NCBI GenBank assembly: GCA_963788655.1
Contig: CAWBHS010000087.1
Coordinates: forward strand, 128,001 to 192,000
DNA from: an uncultured Verrucomicrobiae bacterium
Lineage (GTDB): Bacteria; Verrucomicrobiota; Verrucomicrobiia; Limisphaerales; JAFGQR01
Direction: 5' to 3'
DNA: 64,000 nt
Shown: in pieces, positions 1-8,791 of the stretch
Numbering within the stretch: the stretch's first letter is position 1
Layout: every line of letters begins with the position of its first letter
The notes under the pieces: model-generated
Databases searched by the model: none
Told to the model about the DNA's origin: nothing
The model's input: only the letters and a program-made list of their open reading frames with translations
Translations under genes and position numbers: made by a program

Positions 1-2
1 AC

Positions 3-1052
3 GACGAAGAAGCCCGCACGGTCATCGAAGAAATTGAATTCGCCCGCGTGACGCGTCGCACTCCTTGGGGCGACCAGGCCATCCTGTTTCGCACCAACCA
101 ACAGTCGCGCGCGCTGGAAATGGCCCTGCGTGCGGCCAACATGCGTTACCATCTGATTGGTGGCCAGAGCTACTTTGACCGTCGCGAAGTGCGCGATTTC
201 CTCGCTTATTTGAAAGTCTTTCTCAATCCCCATGACGATGTGAGCCTGTTGCGCATTGCGAATGTGCCGGCCCGGGGGTTGAGCGAGGCGACCATGGAGC
301 GATTGCTGGCGGCCAGTCAGGAACGCCATTGTTCGGTCTATGCTGCGATGCGGCACACGGACGTTCAGGGCCAGTTCTTGACCCGGTCCCGGGAGGCCAT
401 CCGCGACTTCCTCGAGTTTTTGGAACGGACGCGCGGGCAATTGACCTCCTCGACCGAAATGCAGCTCCCGGTGTGGGCGGAGCGGTTTCTCGCTGAGATC
501 GGTTATTTGGATGACTTGCGTCGTTCCGAAAAGAACGTTGAAACCGCCGAAAACCGGGTGCGCAATCTCAAGGAATTGATTGCCACATTGGAGAAGGCCG
601 CGGCGAATCCCGCGGCTCCGGCCCATGAACGGTTGGAGGCGTTCCTGGAAGACATCACGCTCGATTCCGAACGCGAGGAAGAGAAGGAAACCCAGGGGGA
701 CGCGGTGACGCTGATCACCATGCACAGTTGCAAGGGACTGGAATTTCCCCACGTGTACGTGGTGGGATTGGAGGACGGCTTGTTGCCGCACACCCGCTCC
801 AAAGAAGAAGGCACCATCGACGAAGAACGCCGCTTGTTCTACGTGGCCATCACGCGGGCGATGAAAACGCTGACTTTGAGTTATTGCCTGAGCCGCAAAA
901 AATATGGTCAGTCCATGCCGTGTCATCCGTCGCCGTTCCTGAAAGAACTACCTCCCGAGCTGGTCGAGCAGGCCGACGAGAAAGCCAAACAACCCGTCGC
1001 GGTGAACACCGGCAAAGACCTGTTCGCCGCGATGCGGGAATCCCTGGGTTAA
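3..1052 (+). CDS. ATP-dependent DNA helicase, UvrD/PcrA/Rep family (5'-truncated by window edge)
   Basis: Motifs AILFRTNQQSR, YFDRREVRD, TLITMHSCKGLEFPHVYVVGLEDGLLPH, EERRLFYVAITRA; frame open to the window start. Confidence 0.95.
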   Translation, partial: DEEARTVIEEIEFARVTRRTPWGDQAILFRTNQQSRALEMALRAANMRYHLIGGQSYFDRREVRDFLAYLKVFLNPHDDVSLLRIANVPARGLSEATMERLLAASQERHCSVYAAMRHTDVQGQFLTRSREAIRDFLEFLERTRGQLTSSTEMQLPVWAERFLAEIGYLDDLRRSEKNVETAENRVRNLKELIATLEKAAANPAAPAHERLEAFLEDITLDSEREEEKETQGDAVTLITMHSCKGLEFPHVYVVGLEDGLLPHTRSKEEGTIDEERRLFYVAITRAMKTLTLSYCLSRKKYGQSMPCHPSPFLKELPPELVEQADEKAKQPVAVNTGKDLFAAMRESLG

Positions 1053-1180
1053 GAGCCTGTTTAAAACTCCAGCCGATCCGTAGCAGCCGACGTGAGGCTC
1101 ATTTTTCCTCGGAAAGCCGTGATGCGTCCGACATGAATGAGCCTCCTTACGTCGGCTGCTACCATTTCTCAAACAGGCTC
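1053..1180. mobile_element. MITE-like element, family A (128 bp), with an internal GTAG-type REP palindrome pair
   Basis: Perfect 10-bp terminal inverted repeat GAGCCTGTTT/AAACAGGCTC; internal arms GTAGCAGCCGACGT and ACGTCGGCTGCTAC; flanks TAA/CAA; homologous copy at 31109-31240. Confidence 0.75.
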
Positions 1181-1201
1181 CAAGGTGCGGCTGTACTGAC
1201 T

Positions 1202-1353
1202 GTGGCTGCGTTCGTGCGCACGCGGCTGACTTCAAAAGGAATCACGGCACCAACGGCAGCAGCCCATTGGTCACCGGAAAGGGACCAGCTTGCCTTCACC
1301 TTGAGCAGACGTTCCACCGCGTCAGTCAGCCGCGTTCTCACGAACGCAGCCAC
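1202..1353. repeat. REP doublet (REPIN-like inverted pair)
   Basis: 30-bp arms at 1202-1231 and 1324-1353 are reverse complements with 2 mismatches; each arm is itself an imperfect palindrome. Confidence 0.8.
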
Positions 1354-1474
1354 TCCCACTGAAGCGTTCCGGCCCAGCGCCGCTTTGCGTATCGGTTGTA
1401 GGAGATATTCGTAATACTGCCGCAAGTTTGCTCCCAATACCTTTCCGTCCGCCGATGAGCGAAGCTGTCCAGGA

Positions 1475-2071
1475 ATGACAAATGACCTGCTCCGCAATAA
1501 TTCAACCGACGCCGATGAGCGCGCCACCGCAGATGATGACGGCCAAGAGCTTTTGAATTGCTTTATTCTCAGCGACGATGCCGCCAGCGCCGTGAGTGCC
1601 GAGTCACTGCTGGGTCGGGTTTCGGGAGCTACTCCGTGTCGGCTGCAACACTGCGGCTTCGGTGAACTCAATTCTACGGCGCGCTTGCACGCAACGGCGG
1701 TTGCGGCGGGGCGGGCGGAGATTCTCATCGTGGCGGTGCGGGAAAATGAAAAACTGCCGCTCGCCGTTTGCGAGTGGTTGTATCGCTGGCTGGCCCAGCG
1801 CGACAAGCAACACGACGGCGCCCTGGTGGCGATGGTCACCAGTGAGAGCGCCGGGGCGTACATCGATCCGGAGTTGACCTTCTTCCTCGAGTCCTTGGCG
1901 TCAATCGGCGGCCTGGCGTTTTTTGCCGGTCGCGTCCGAGAGCCGAGCCAGGCTCAAGTTCTCCCGGTGGGCGATGAAGCGGCGACCGGGCCAATCCATT
2001 CCGTGGAGGTGCGTTCGGGCCAGGAATTCAACACTGGGCTGCCGGTTCACGCGCCCTTTTGTCAACCATAA
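1475..2071 (+). CDS. hypothetical protein, paralog of 41305-41931 (possible degenerate receiver-like fold)
   Basis: 198-aa ORF; shares AEILIVA..LP..V..WL..GA(L/M) block with 41305-41931. Confidence 0.7.
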   Translation: MTNDLLRNNSTDADERATADDDGQELLNCFILSDDAASAVSAESLLGRVSGATPCRLQHCGFGELNSTARLHATAVAAGRAEILIVAVRENEKLPLAVCEWLYRWLAQRDKQHDGALVAMVTSESAGAYIDPELTFFLESLASIGGLAFFAGRVREPSQAQVLPVGDEAATGPIHSVEVRSGQEFNTGLPVHAPFCQP

Positions 2072-2103
2072 GCCCTGAATTCTACTGACACCATTCGCGC
2101 CAC

Positions 2104-2286
2104 ATGCTTGATCTGAATCCTTCGAAGAATGACAACTTTCTATGGGCGTTCACCACGATGAACGTTTTTATCGCGGGCTTCGTCCTGGTCGCTATCGGAG
2201 TGGTCGGAAATTCGATTGGACTGACAATCAGCGGATTTGTTACGTTGTTCGCCGGCTTTCTCCTCTATGAGCTGCCCGGGCGTTGA
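2104..2286 (+). CDS. small membrane protein (60 aa, two hydrophobic helices)
   Basis: ATG start, two hydrophobic segments, co-directional between two real genes. Confidence 0.55.
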   Translation: MLDLNPSKNDNFLWAFTTMNVFIAGFVLVAIGVVGNSIGLTISGFVTLFAGFLLYELPGR

Positions 2287-2353
2287 CGTGGAATCACCTT
2301 GATTTCTCGAGGAATACCACGCTCGATGAGGCCCGACAGCAGACGGAAGATTT

Positions 2354-2959
2354 ATGGACCAGCTACCCAGCCCGCGACCGGCGCTGCAATCCGGCGATGC
2401 CTTGATTGTCGTCGATGTGCAAAATGATTTCCTGCCGGGCGGCAGTCTGGCCGCCCCGCACGGTGACGAAATCATCCCGGTGCTCAACCGTTACCTCGCC
2501 GCCTTTGCCGAACGGGGTAATGCAATCTTCGCCACGCGAGATTGGCATCCGCCCAATCATTGCTCGTTCCAAAGCCAGGACGGCCCGTGGCCGGTGCATT
2601 GCGTCAGAGACACTCCAGGAGCTGCATTTGCTCCCGGCCTGAAACTGCCCGAATCGACGGTTGTCATTTCCAAAGCCACCGCGCCGACCCAGGAAGCTTA
2701 CTCCGGTTTTGAAGCCACGGACCTGGAGCAACAATTGTTGAATCGCCAAGTCCGGCGCCTGTTCATCGGCGGTCTGGCCACCGACTATTGCGTGCTCAGC
2801 ACCACCATGGATGCCTTGTACTTGGGGTTTCCAGTATTTCTGTTGCGCGACGCCATCCGCGCCGTCAACGCGCATCCGGACGACGGTCCCAAAGCCGAGG
2901 CCGAAATGCTGGAACTCGGCGCTACGCCGGTTACATGGCAGGCCTTGGAAAAGGCGTGA
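2354..2959 (+). CDS. pncA: nicotinamidase/pyrazinamidase
   Basis: ALIVVDVQNDFLPGGSL, TRDWHPPNH, WPVHCV, ISK..EAYSGF, GLATDYCV. Confidence 0.95.
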   Translation: MDQLPSPRPALQSGDALIVVDVQNDFLPGGSLAAPHGDEIIPVLNRYLAAFAERGNAIFATRDWHPPNHCSFQSQDGPWPVHCVRDTPGAAFAPGLKLPESTVVISKATAPTQEAYSGFEATDLEQQLLNRQVRRLFIGGLATDYCVLSTTMDALYLGFPVFLLRDAIRAVNAHPDDGPKAEAEMLELGATPVTWQALEKA

Positions 2960-2978
2960 CCGGAAGCGGAACTCCCAA

Positions 2979-3095
2979 GTAGGCCAGGCGGCCCGCTGGT
3001 CCCGGGCCTCCAGATGGCGCTCATTCTTCTATCGAGCGTCAAAAAGCCAGTGGACGCCACTTGGATGTTCGGGACAGCCGAGACGGCTGTCCTAC
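2979..3095. repeat. REP doublet, GTAGGACAGGCG family (degenerate)
   Basis: Arms GTAGGCCAGGCGGCCCGCTGGTCCCG (2979-3004) and CGGGACAGCCGAGACGGCTGTCCTAC (3070-3095); same family near 21029-21161 and 34907-35041. Confidence 0.7.
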
Positions 3096-3135
3096 GAGCG
3101 CTCACGCCGAGGTTCCCGATCCATCAGAGTCTCAG

Positions 3136-3165
3136 TTGACATTGGGCTCAGACGACGAATACTTT
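3136..3165 (+). promoter_or_regulatory. candidate sigma70 promoter (Pc-like) for the cassette array
   Basis: TTGACA (3136-3141), 18-bp spacer, TACTTT (3160-3165), about 100 bp upstream of the first crossover site. Confidence 0.45.
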
Positions 3166-3250
3166 CTCTTCCTATGGAAAATGATTTCCAGCTTCACAGA
3201 GGAAAAGCTAACCGCTTTCTGCCTAATTCTGTTATTCCACCCGTTGGTAC

Positions 3251-3268
3251 GCCTAAACAGCGTTGGGG
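3251..3268 (+). other. attI-like integron recombination site (crossover G/TT at 3262/3263)
   Basis: GCCTAAACAGCGTTGGGG resembles the attI1 core; GTTGGGG is the exact complement of CCCCAAC (3859-3865) that opens the next attC; no attC-type palindrome precedes it. Confidence 0.55.
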
Positions 3269-3276
3269 CAAAATAA

Positions 3277-3860
3277 ATGAGCAAACAAAAACTTTTGACT
3301 ATCCCGCCGTGGTGGTCGCATTGCTTCTGATGGCATCGTTCTTGTCGCTTCTCCAGGCACAAAGAATTACAGGAAGCGTCATGAAGATGAAATTTGACCC
3401 GCCGCCCCGTTACAGTACCCGTTTTGTGCTCCACCCTGAACGGCAGATTGATGGCGTCGGCATGGGCTTCAGACTGGATGGGTTGTGACCTATACAGATC
3501 AGATAAAAAGACATGGCACCGCCTTTTTTGTCAGTGTTTTCGGTAAGATACTCGCCAGGGACGCCATCCGTCGTTCAAAGAATCTGAGTGACCTTCAGTC
3601 GAATTCGGACTCCTTTCGTAAATCGTTTCCACAAGCCGAGCAATGGCTAAAGGCAACAACCGTCGCGAAAATCCTTCGATACGGGACGCCGCATCACCGA
3701 AACTAATCCGATGGCTCGATGCATTGGCGATATGTATCAAACGCGTGGTGCCAGCACGAATGGCGATTGGATAACCAATGGATTCTCACTGTACATCTCA
3801 ATGGCATTCTCACCCGTAAGGCACACCCAGAACTGAAGGCTATTAAAATACGCAAATCCC
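3277..3860 (+). pseudogene. cassette 1 gene, predicted secreted protein broken by several frameshifts
   Basis: ATG 15 bp after the crossover G; frames join as MSKQKLLTI/PAVVVALLLMASFLSLLQA (signal-like)...GFRLDG/VTYTDQIKR; AT-richer than the flanks; 3' end approximate. Confidence 0.5.
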
Positions 3861-3970
3861 CCAACCAGGCATCGACCGAACAGCCCATCCGCTTGGCGCG
3901 ATATTACAATGAAACTTGAACATTTTGCGGTCGTGGCTGGCGCGGGCGGTCGGCGGTCTTGGCGTTAGCC
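3859..3970 (+). other. attC site 1
   Basis: R'' CCCCAAC, R' GTTAGCC; bulged inverted repeat CCAGGCATCGACCGAACAGCCC / GGGCGGTCGGCGGTCTTGG. Confidence 0.7.
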
Positions 3971-4270
3971 GACAGCGCGCACACTCACCAAGAAACATCG
4001 TGTTGGATAGCATGATATCTGGTATGGGGCAGCCAAGCCATCGCCTACGCGGTCTGGCGTCAGCCCACCAAGGCGTTCTCAGCAAGAGCACCACCATCTG
4101 GTGAAGAACGATGTGAGCAGCACGCGGACGAGCATCGGAACGCGAGCCGTCAGTGCTCCACACAGACGATGGCGGCATTCACCCGGCAGGCATTTGGTGA
4201 CTTGCGGTGCGTTATCCCCATGGCAGCACTCAAGCTACCTCGTTCGCTTTTGACGGCCCGATTGCACGGA

Positions 4271-4357
4271 ATCCGAACATGCGCTAACGAACCGGCGTGA
4301 GGACGGGATTGTTATCAGTCGCGTCCGACGCCGGTCGCTGAGCTTTGTCGGTTCGAT
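4271..4357 (+). other. attC site 2 (degenerate)
   Basis: ATCCGAAC ... GTTCGAT; inner arms ACCGGCGT/ACGCCGGT and GGACG/CGTCC; GTCGCTGAGCTT right arm. Confidence 0.6.
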
Positions 4358-4571
4358 GAATGCGTAGGGGCGATTTCGCCGATACCCAAAGCGTGCGAGC
4401 GTTCCATGCGCAGAGCACCAGCGAGAGACGCGGCCGACATCCATGACCGAGACCATTCGCGCCGATTACAGCCAGGGCAGCTCATCAATCTCAACAATCC
4501 CGAGACTGTGAGACATGGCTCGGAATCGAGCAGCTCGACAGGCACAATAAGCAGTAGAAAAGTTCACGAAC

Positions 4572-4667
4572 GGCTAACAAGGTCACTGGACCGAACGCGG
4601 GCGGGCCACGTCAGTTTCAAATTCGGACGCCGCTGGCCGCCCGCGTCGGTCAGTTTTAGCGTTGGCC
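4572..4667 (+). other. attC site 3
   Basis: R'' GGCTAAC, R' GTTGGCC; arms ACTGGACCGAACGCGGGCGG / CCGCCCGCGTCGGTCAGT pair perfectly except for two extrahelical bases. Confidence 0.85.
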
Positions 4668-4670
4668 CGC

Positions 4671-5030
4671 ATGGCGCGTATGACCAATCCTCGTCACTCT
4701 GAGAACTGTGCGCGACTTGCCGTTGTGGTTCTGGGCCTGGGATTGTTATTGGTTGGTTGCCGAGCAGACCCCAGAGCACGCGCTGAAGAGTATCGCTCCT
4801 ACGTGAGTCCAGACCGGCGATTCAAAATGGTCATCTACAGGATACCGATGGATACGGCGATGCCGGGCCAGTCCAGCGATGCGCCGGGTTTTGTGTGTTT
4901 GTATGACCAGAGGACTGGACGGATGTTGCAGCAGAAGAACGTTGAGATGGTTCAGATGATTGACCAGTTCGAGTGGTCTTCCACGAACCTTCACATCAAG
5001 TTGTTCGCAGATTGGAGGCTACCCGAATGA
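4671..5030 (+). CDS. cassette-encoded lipoprotein of unknown function
   Basis: Intact ORF filling the space between attC3 and attC4; hydrophobic stretch and lipobox LVGC; start may be 4680. Confidence 0.85.
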   Translation: MARMTNPRHSENCARLAVVVLGLGLLLVGCRADPRARAEEYRSYVSPDRRFKMVIYRIPMDTAMPGQSSDAPGFVCLYDQRTGRMLQQKNVEMVQMIDQFEWSSTNLHIKLFADWRLPE

Positions 5031-5034
5031 CAGG

Positions 5035-5160
5035 GGCCAACAAGTCGGTGGTGACGAAGCGCCGCCCCGCTTCTCCGCTCAACGCTAGGCGGCAATTCGG
5101 AAGTGCCTCGTGCGCTTCACCGTTCCTGTCGGCGGCGGTCGCGCACCTCTGGCGTTCACC
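5035..5160 (+). other. attC site 4
   Basis: R'' GGCCAAC 4 bp after the stop codon, complementary to GTTGGCC at this cassette's start; arms GGTG..GCGCCGCC / GGCGGCGGTCGCGCACC; R' GTTCACC. Confidence 0.8.
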
Positions 5161-5164
5161 AGCA

Positions 5165-5248
5165 ATGAAGACGCTCACCCTCATTGTCGCGGCGGTCACT
5201 CTGGCGGTCGTTTCATCGCCGCGCTTTGCTCCCACACACCGGCATTGA
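5165..5248 (+). pseudogene. truncated last cassette gene (signal-peptide-like stub, 27 aa)
   Basis: ATG 11 bp after the crossover G; MKTLTLIVAAVTLAVVS; no downstream attC. Confidence 0.5.
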
Positions 5249-5272
5249 CGGACTTCGCCAAGATGGTAGGCT
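5245..5272 (+). promoter_or_regulatory. candidate sigma70 promoter of gcvT
   Basis: TTGACG-N16-TAGGCT with extended -10 TG, 18 bp before the gcvT ATG. Confidence 0.5.
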
Positions 5273-5290
5273 CCGGGGCAAGTCCTAAGC

Positions 5291-6436
5291 ATGATACTGA
5301 ATCGCACACCGCTATTTGATGTTCACCGGCGCCTGGGTGCCCGCTTGGTCGAGTTCGGCGGCTGGGAAATGCCGGTGCATTACACCAGCATTGTCGAAGA
5401 ACACCAGGCCGTCCGTCAGGGTGCCGGCCTGTTCGACATTTCCCACATGGGAGAAATCCAAGTGGTGGGCAGTGGGGCGGAGAAATTCCTCAATCACGTC
5501 CTCACCAATAACGTCGCCAAACTGCGCGTGGGCCTGGGCCAATACACGTTGATGTGCAACGAGCAAGGCGGCGTCGTGGACGACCTTTACGTTTTCCGGG
5601 TGGACGACGAGGAGTATTTGCTGATCGTGAACGCCAGCCGCAAGGAAGCCGATTGGGATTGGCTTCAGGGACAATTCGACACGACGACCATCAGCGAAGT
5701 CATCCGGATCAAGGACGTTTCCCCGGCCTTTGGCGCGGTTGCGGTGCAAGGTCCGCGCGTGGCTGAGTTCATTAATCAGGCGATTTCGGACGGTTCCCTG
5801 CGGGGGGCGGTCGCCCATCAAATCAGCGACCTGAGGAAAAATCAGATCGCCATTTTTCTGTTCAGCGGCGTTTCGCTGTTCGTTTCGCGCACCGGCTACA
5901 CCGGCGAGGACGGATTTGAAATTGTCGCCCCGCACGAATGTGTGGAGGCGGTGTGGGACAAATTATTACTGGTCGGCCGCAGCGCCGGTTTGCGTCCGGT
6001 GGGTCTCGGCGCCCGGGATACCTTGCGCACGGAAATGGGCTACCCGTTGTATGGCCAGGATTTGGACGAAAAGACCACTCCGCTTGAAGCCGGGCTGGGC
6101 TATTTCGTCGATCTGAATAAAGCAGAGTTTATCGGTAAATCGGTTCTGGTGTCGCAAAAGACCGGGCCTCTTCCCAAACGCGCGATTGCTTTCAAAATGA
6201 CCTCCAAATCGGCCCCGCCCCGTCCGCACTACCCGATCTGGAGCGCCGGAAATGGCAGCCTCAAAATCGGAGAAGTGACCAGTGGTACCCAGAGTCCTTC
6301 GTTGGGCGCGGGGATCGGAATGGGGTTTGTGCCGCCGCAACACGCCCAACGGGGAACCCTCATCGAAATCGAAATCCGCGGCCAACGGGCACCGGCGGTC
6401 GTGGTGAAGAAGCCGTTTTACGCGAAAACGCCCTGA
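5291..6436 (+). CDS. gcvT: glycine cleavage system aminomethyltransferase T
   Basis: RTPLFDVH..FGGWEMPVHY, GLFDISHMGEI, SRTGYTGEDGFEI, GLGARDTLRTEMGYPLYG. Confidence 0.97.
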   Translation: MILNRTPLFDVHRRLGARLVEFGGWEMPVHYTSIVEEHQAVRQGAGLFDISHMGEIQVVGSGAEKFLNHVLTNNVAKLRVGLGQYTLMCNEQGGVVDDLYVFRVDDEEYLLIVNASRKEADWDWLQGQFDTTTISEVIRIKDVSPAFGAVAVQGPRVAEFINQAISDGSLRGAVAHQISDLRKNQIAIFLFSGVSLFVSRTGYTGEDGFEIVAPHECVEAVWDKLLLVGRSAGLRPVGLGARDTLRTEMGYPLYGQDLDEKTTPLEAGLGYFVDLNKAEFIGKSVLVSQKTGPLPKRAIAFKMTSKSAPPRPHYPIWSAGNGSLKIGEVTSGTQSPSLGAGIGMGFVPPQHAQRGTLIEIEIRGQRAPAVVVKKPFYAKTP

Positions 6437-6548
6437 GTTCTGCGCCGCCAGAACCGTGAAAATGAACCGCACCGCACCCGAAACTCGTCTGCATTTTTGC
6501 TTTCCCCAGGGGGGCGAACCGTGTCAAATCTCCGCAGACATTTGAACT

Positions 6549-6935
6549 ATGAGTTCCATTATTCCCGCCGACCTAAAGTACGCTAAAAGTCACGAATGGA
6601 TGCGTGTCGCCAACGACATTGCCACCATTGGCATTACGGACCACGCCCAACATGAGCTGACCGATATTGTGTTTGTCGAGTTGCCCGCCGTAGGCCGGCA
6701 ATTGAAAGCCGGCGAAGCGTGCGCGGTCGTGGAATCGGTCAAAACAGCCAGCGACATCTATTCGCCGCTGACGGGAGAGGTGGTGGCCGTGAATCCGAAA
6801 CTTGCCGACCAACCGGGGCTGGTGAACGAACAACCGTTTGAAGCCGGCTGGTTATTCCAAATGAAAGTGGCTCAACCCGACGAGTTCTCCGCCCTGCTCT
6901 CACCCGAAGATTACGCCGCCCAAATCGGCGGGTAA
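6549..6935 (+). CDS. gcvH: glycine cleavage system H protein
   Basis: LKYAKSHEW, GITDHAQ, VVESVKTASDIYSP (lipoyl-Lys), GWLF. Confidence 0.97.
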   Translation: MSSIIPADLKYAKSHEWMRVANDIATIGITDHAQHELTDIVFVELPAVGRQLKAGEACAVVESVKTASDIYSPLTGEVVAVNPKLADQPGLVNEQPFEAGWLFQMKVAQPDEFSALLSPEDYAAQIGG

Positions 6936-7034
6936 CGCCCCAATCAATTTCGGCTGACTTCCTCCTGCGGAGATGCGCTGTCGTCTGAGCCGTAGGGGGT
7001 GACTTGGCAGGTCGCCGCGAACTCACTTCCTCAG

Positions 7035-8456
7035 TCATTTGCTTGAGGCTTTGAAGGCTTCCAATATCAGCACCCAATCCCGGTCATCTCCGGCCGGCCC
7101 TGGTGGATTGAATCGGTGTGCCCCCTGAGCCGAGTAGGTTCCCGCTGGCCGGTATTCGCCGGTGCGCGGATCAAACCAACGCGCGCCAATGCGGTCCCCC
7201 TTGAGCTTTCCCAAATCGAGGCTGAACCAAGTCCCGCGCGGCGTATAAATCCAGGCATAGCTTCCCTCCGTCGCCCCCGTGGCCGCGATGCGGGTTCGAA
7301 TGGCCTCCGACTGGTGAGCCGCCCCGGCACTGGCCACGATGATAGGCAAGTCCGGCACCCGGTTCGTGAGGGATTGGGTTTCCAGCAGCGTGCGCACGTG
7401 ACGCATCTGAGTGCGGCCCGGAGCTTCCAGATACACCCGCCATTTCCAGCCCCATTGAGTCTCCGAATCAAGTGCCCAGATGAACGTGTGCCCGTACGTG
7501 AAACCGCAGGCACCCGCGAACAACGATTGATACGCCTGCAACCGCATCTCCCACGCGTTCACCGGCGGCTCCTTCCAGTTCACTTGCTCGTACCACGGTT
7601 CCAGGTTGACCACCGGTTTGGCCGGCTGTTTATGGTAGTCGCCGGCAATGGTTCGATGGAGCGCGGTGACCGGTTTCAAACCAATCTGCACTCCATTGAA
7701 ATCCAGCCACGGCGCCCGTTGGAACCATTTTGATGACGTATTTCCGCCGCGCGGATGATACGTCATCAACGTCGTCGAGTAGTCGGCGGTACCGTCGAAT
7801 TGATTTACGCCATTGACGCCGTCCGCGACACCTTCCGCCAGCGCGTGCCAACCGGCCATGCCCATGTCGCTCACGCGGCGTTCATCGTCGGGATTCACAT
7901 CGATGCCGTTGCTCCAAATCAAATTGGGTTTGTCCCGCAACGCGAAGCCCAGCGCGCGCCCGTAGGTGTACGCTTGCTCCGGGGTTTCCACGAACAGCAT
8001 CTTTTCATCGGTTCGCCCCGGACCGCCGAACACCAGCAGCGCATACATATCCCGTCGGGCAATCTCATCGATCACCCAGGCCAAGTGGTCCAAGTATCGT
8101 GGATTCCAATGGGTCGGATCGTCGCGCAGATAGGGGCGGTCCTCGGCAAAGTTTTTGCCCCATTTCAAAGCCCAGCCGTTGGCCGCCATTAACTGCACCA
8201 CGGTAAAACCTTTGGCCTGTGCGTCGTCCAAGTATTTCAAAACATCGGGCCGACTCAAGTTTTGGTGCAAGGCCCACGCGGTGCAACCCACCCACACGAA
8301 CGCCGTCCCGTCCGCGTACACGAGACAATGCCCGTCGGCCGACACTCGGAGCGGACCGTGCGTCTTCCACGGCGGGTCCGCCGAGGTCCGCAGGCAGGCG
8401 GGACCAAAACCCAGCCCCAGCGCCAACAGGAAACCGATGGATGGCAACACGCGCAT
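7035..8456 (-). CDS. secreted glycoside hydrolase, GH140/DUF4038-like, with C-terminal putative collagen-binding domain
   Basis: Signal peptide; PLRVSADGH..DGT.F.WVGCTAW, LMTYHPRGG, KPVVNLEPWYE, GFTYGH, ARWFDPRTG, DWVLIL. Confidence 0.85.
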   Translation of the reverse strand: MRVLPSIGFLLALGLGFGPACLRTSADPPWKTHGPLRVSADGHCLVYADGTAFVWVGCTAWALHQNLSRPDVLKYLDDAQAKGFTVVQLMAANGWALKWGKNFAEDRPYLRDDPTHWNPRYLDHLAWVIDEIARRDMYALLVFGGPGRTDEKMLFVETPEQAYTYGRALGFALRDKPNLIWSNGIDVNPDDERRVSDMGMAGWHALAEGVADGVNGVNQFDGTADYSTTLMTYHPRGGNTSSKWFQRAPWLDFNGVQIGLKPVTALHRTIAGDYHKQPAKPVVNLEPWYEQVNWKEPPVNAWEMRLQAYQSLFAGACGFTYGHTFIWALDSETQWGWKWRVYLEAPGRTQMRHVRTLLETQSLTNRVPDLPIIVASAGAAHQSEAIRTRIAATGATEGSYAWIYTPRGTWFSLDLGKLKGDRIGARWFDPRTGEYRPAGTYSAQGAHRFNPPGPAGDDRDWVLILEAFKASSK

Positions 8457-8639
8457 GATTGTTTTCACGAAGCAAACCGGAAAGGGAGGCACGATGCAAC
8501 GGATTACCCGCAGATTGGAAGGTTGGAGCGGCTGGACTCAAATGGGTAACCAAGGATTACCGTTTTCAAACTTGGGATTGCCCAGCGAAACATCAAAGGG
8601 TTGTCACGGACTTCAAACCCACTGGTCTGAACGTGAACG

Positions 8640-8760
8640 TTCTTGTCCGCCTGCGCACTCAGGATTTACCGAACGCGGACAAGAAGGCGCGATGCTCCCG
8701 GGCAGTTCGAACGATGGTTGGCGAGGCGCCAACCACGGCGCCCGGGGCGGGCGGGCTCCC
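8640..8760. repeat. cluster of degenerate REP-like palindromes
   Basis: 11-bp inverted repeat TTCTTGTCCGC/GCGGACAAGAA (8640-8685); 8715-8760 closely matches 48393-48438. Confidence 0.65.
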
Positions 8761-8791
8761 CAAGGAGCGTCGGTCGCCTTGAAACCGGCGG

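Noticed and set aside
728..1414. ORFs running through the repeats after the helicase (also 1159-1863)
   Set aside because: Translations are repeat-derived or antisense and overlap real genes.
2960..3260. Remnant of an intI gene upstream of the array
   Set aside because: No tyrosine-recombinase motifs seen; the space holds a REP doublet and promoter-like DNA.
3859..5160. attC palindromes read as terminators or ncRNAs
   Set aside because: No U-tracts; AAC/GTT cores, bulged arms and cassette-like spacing fit attC better.
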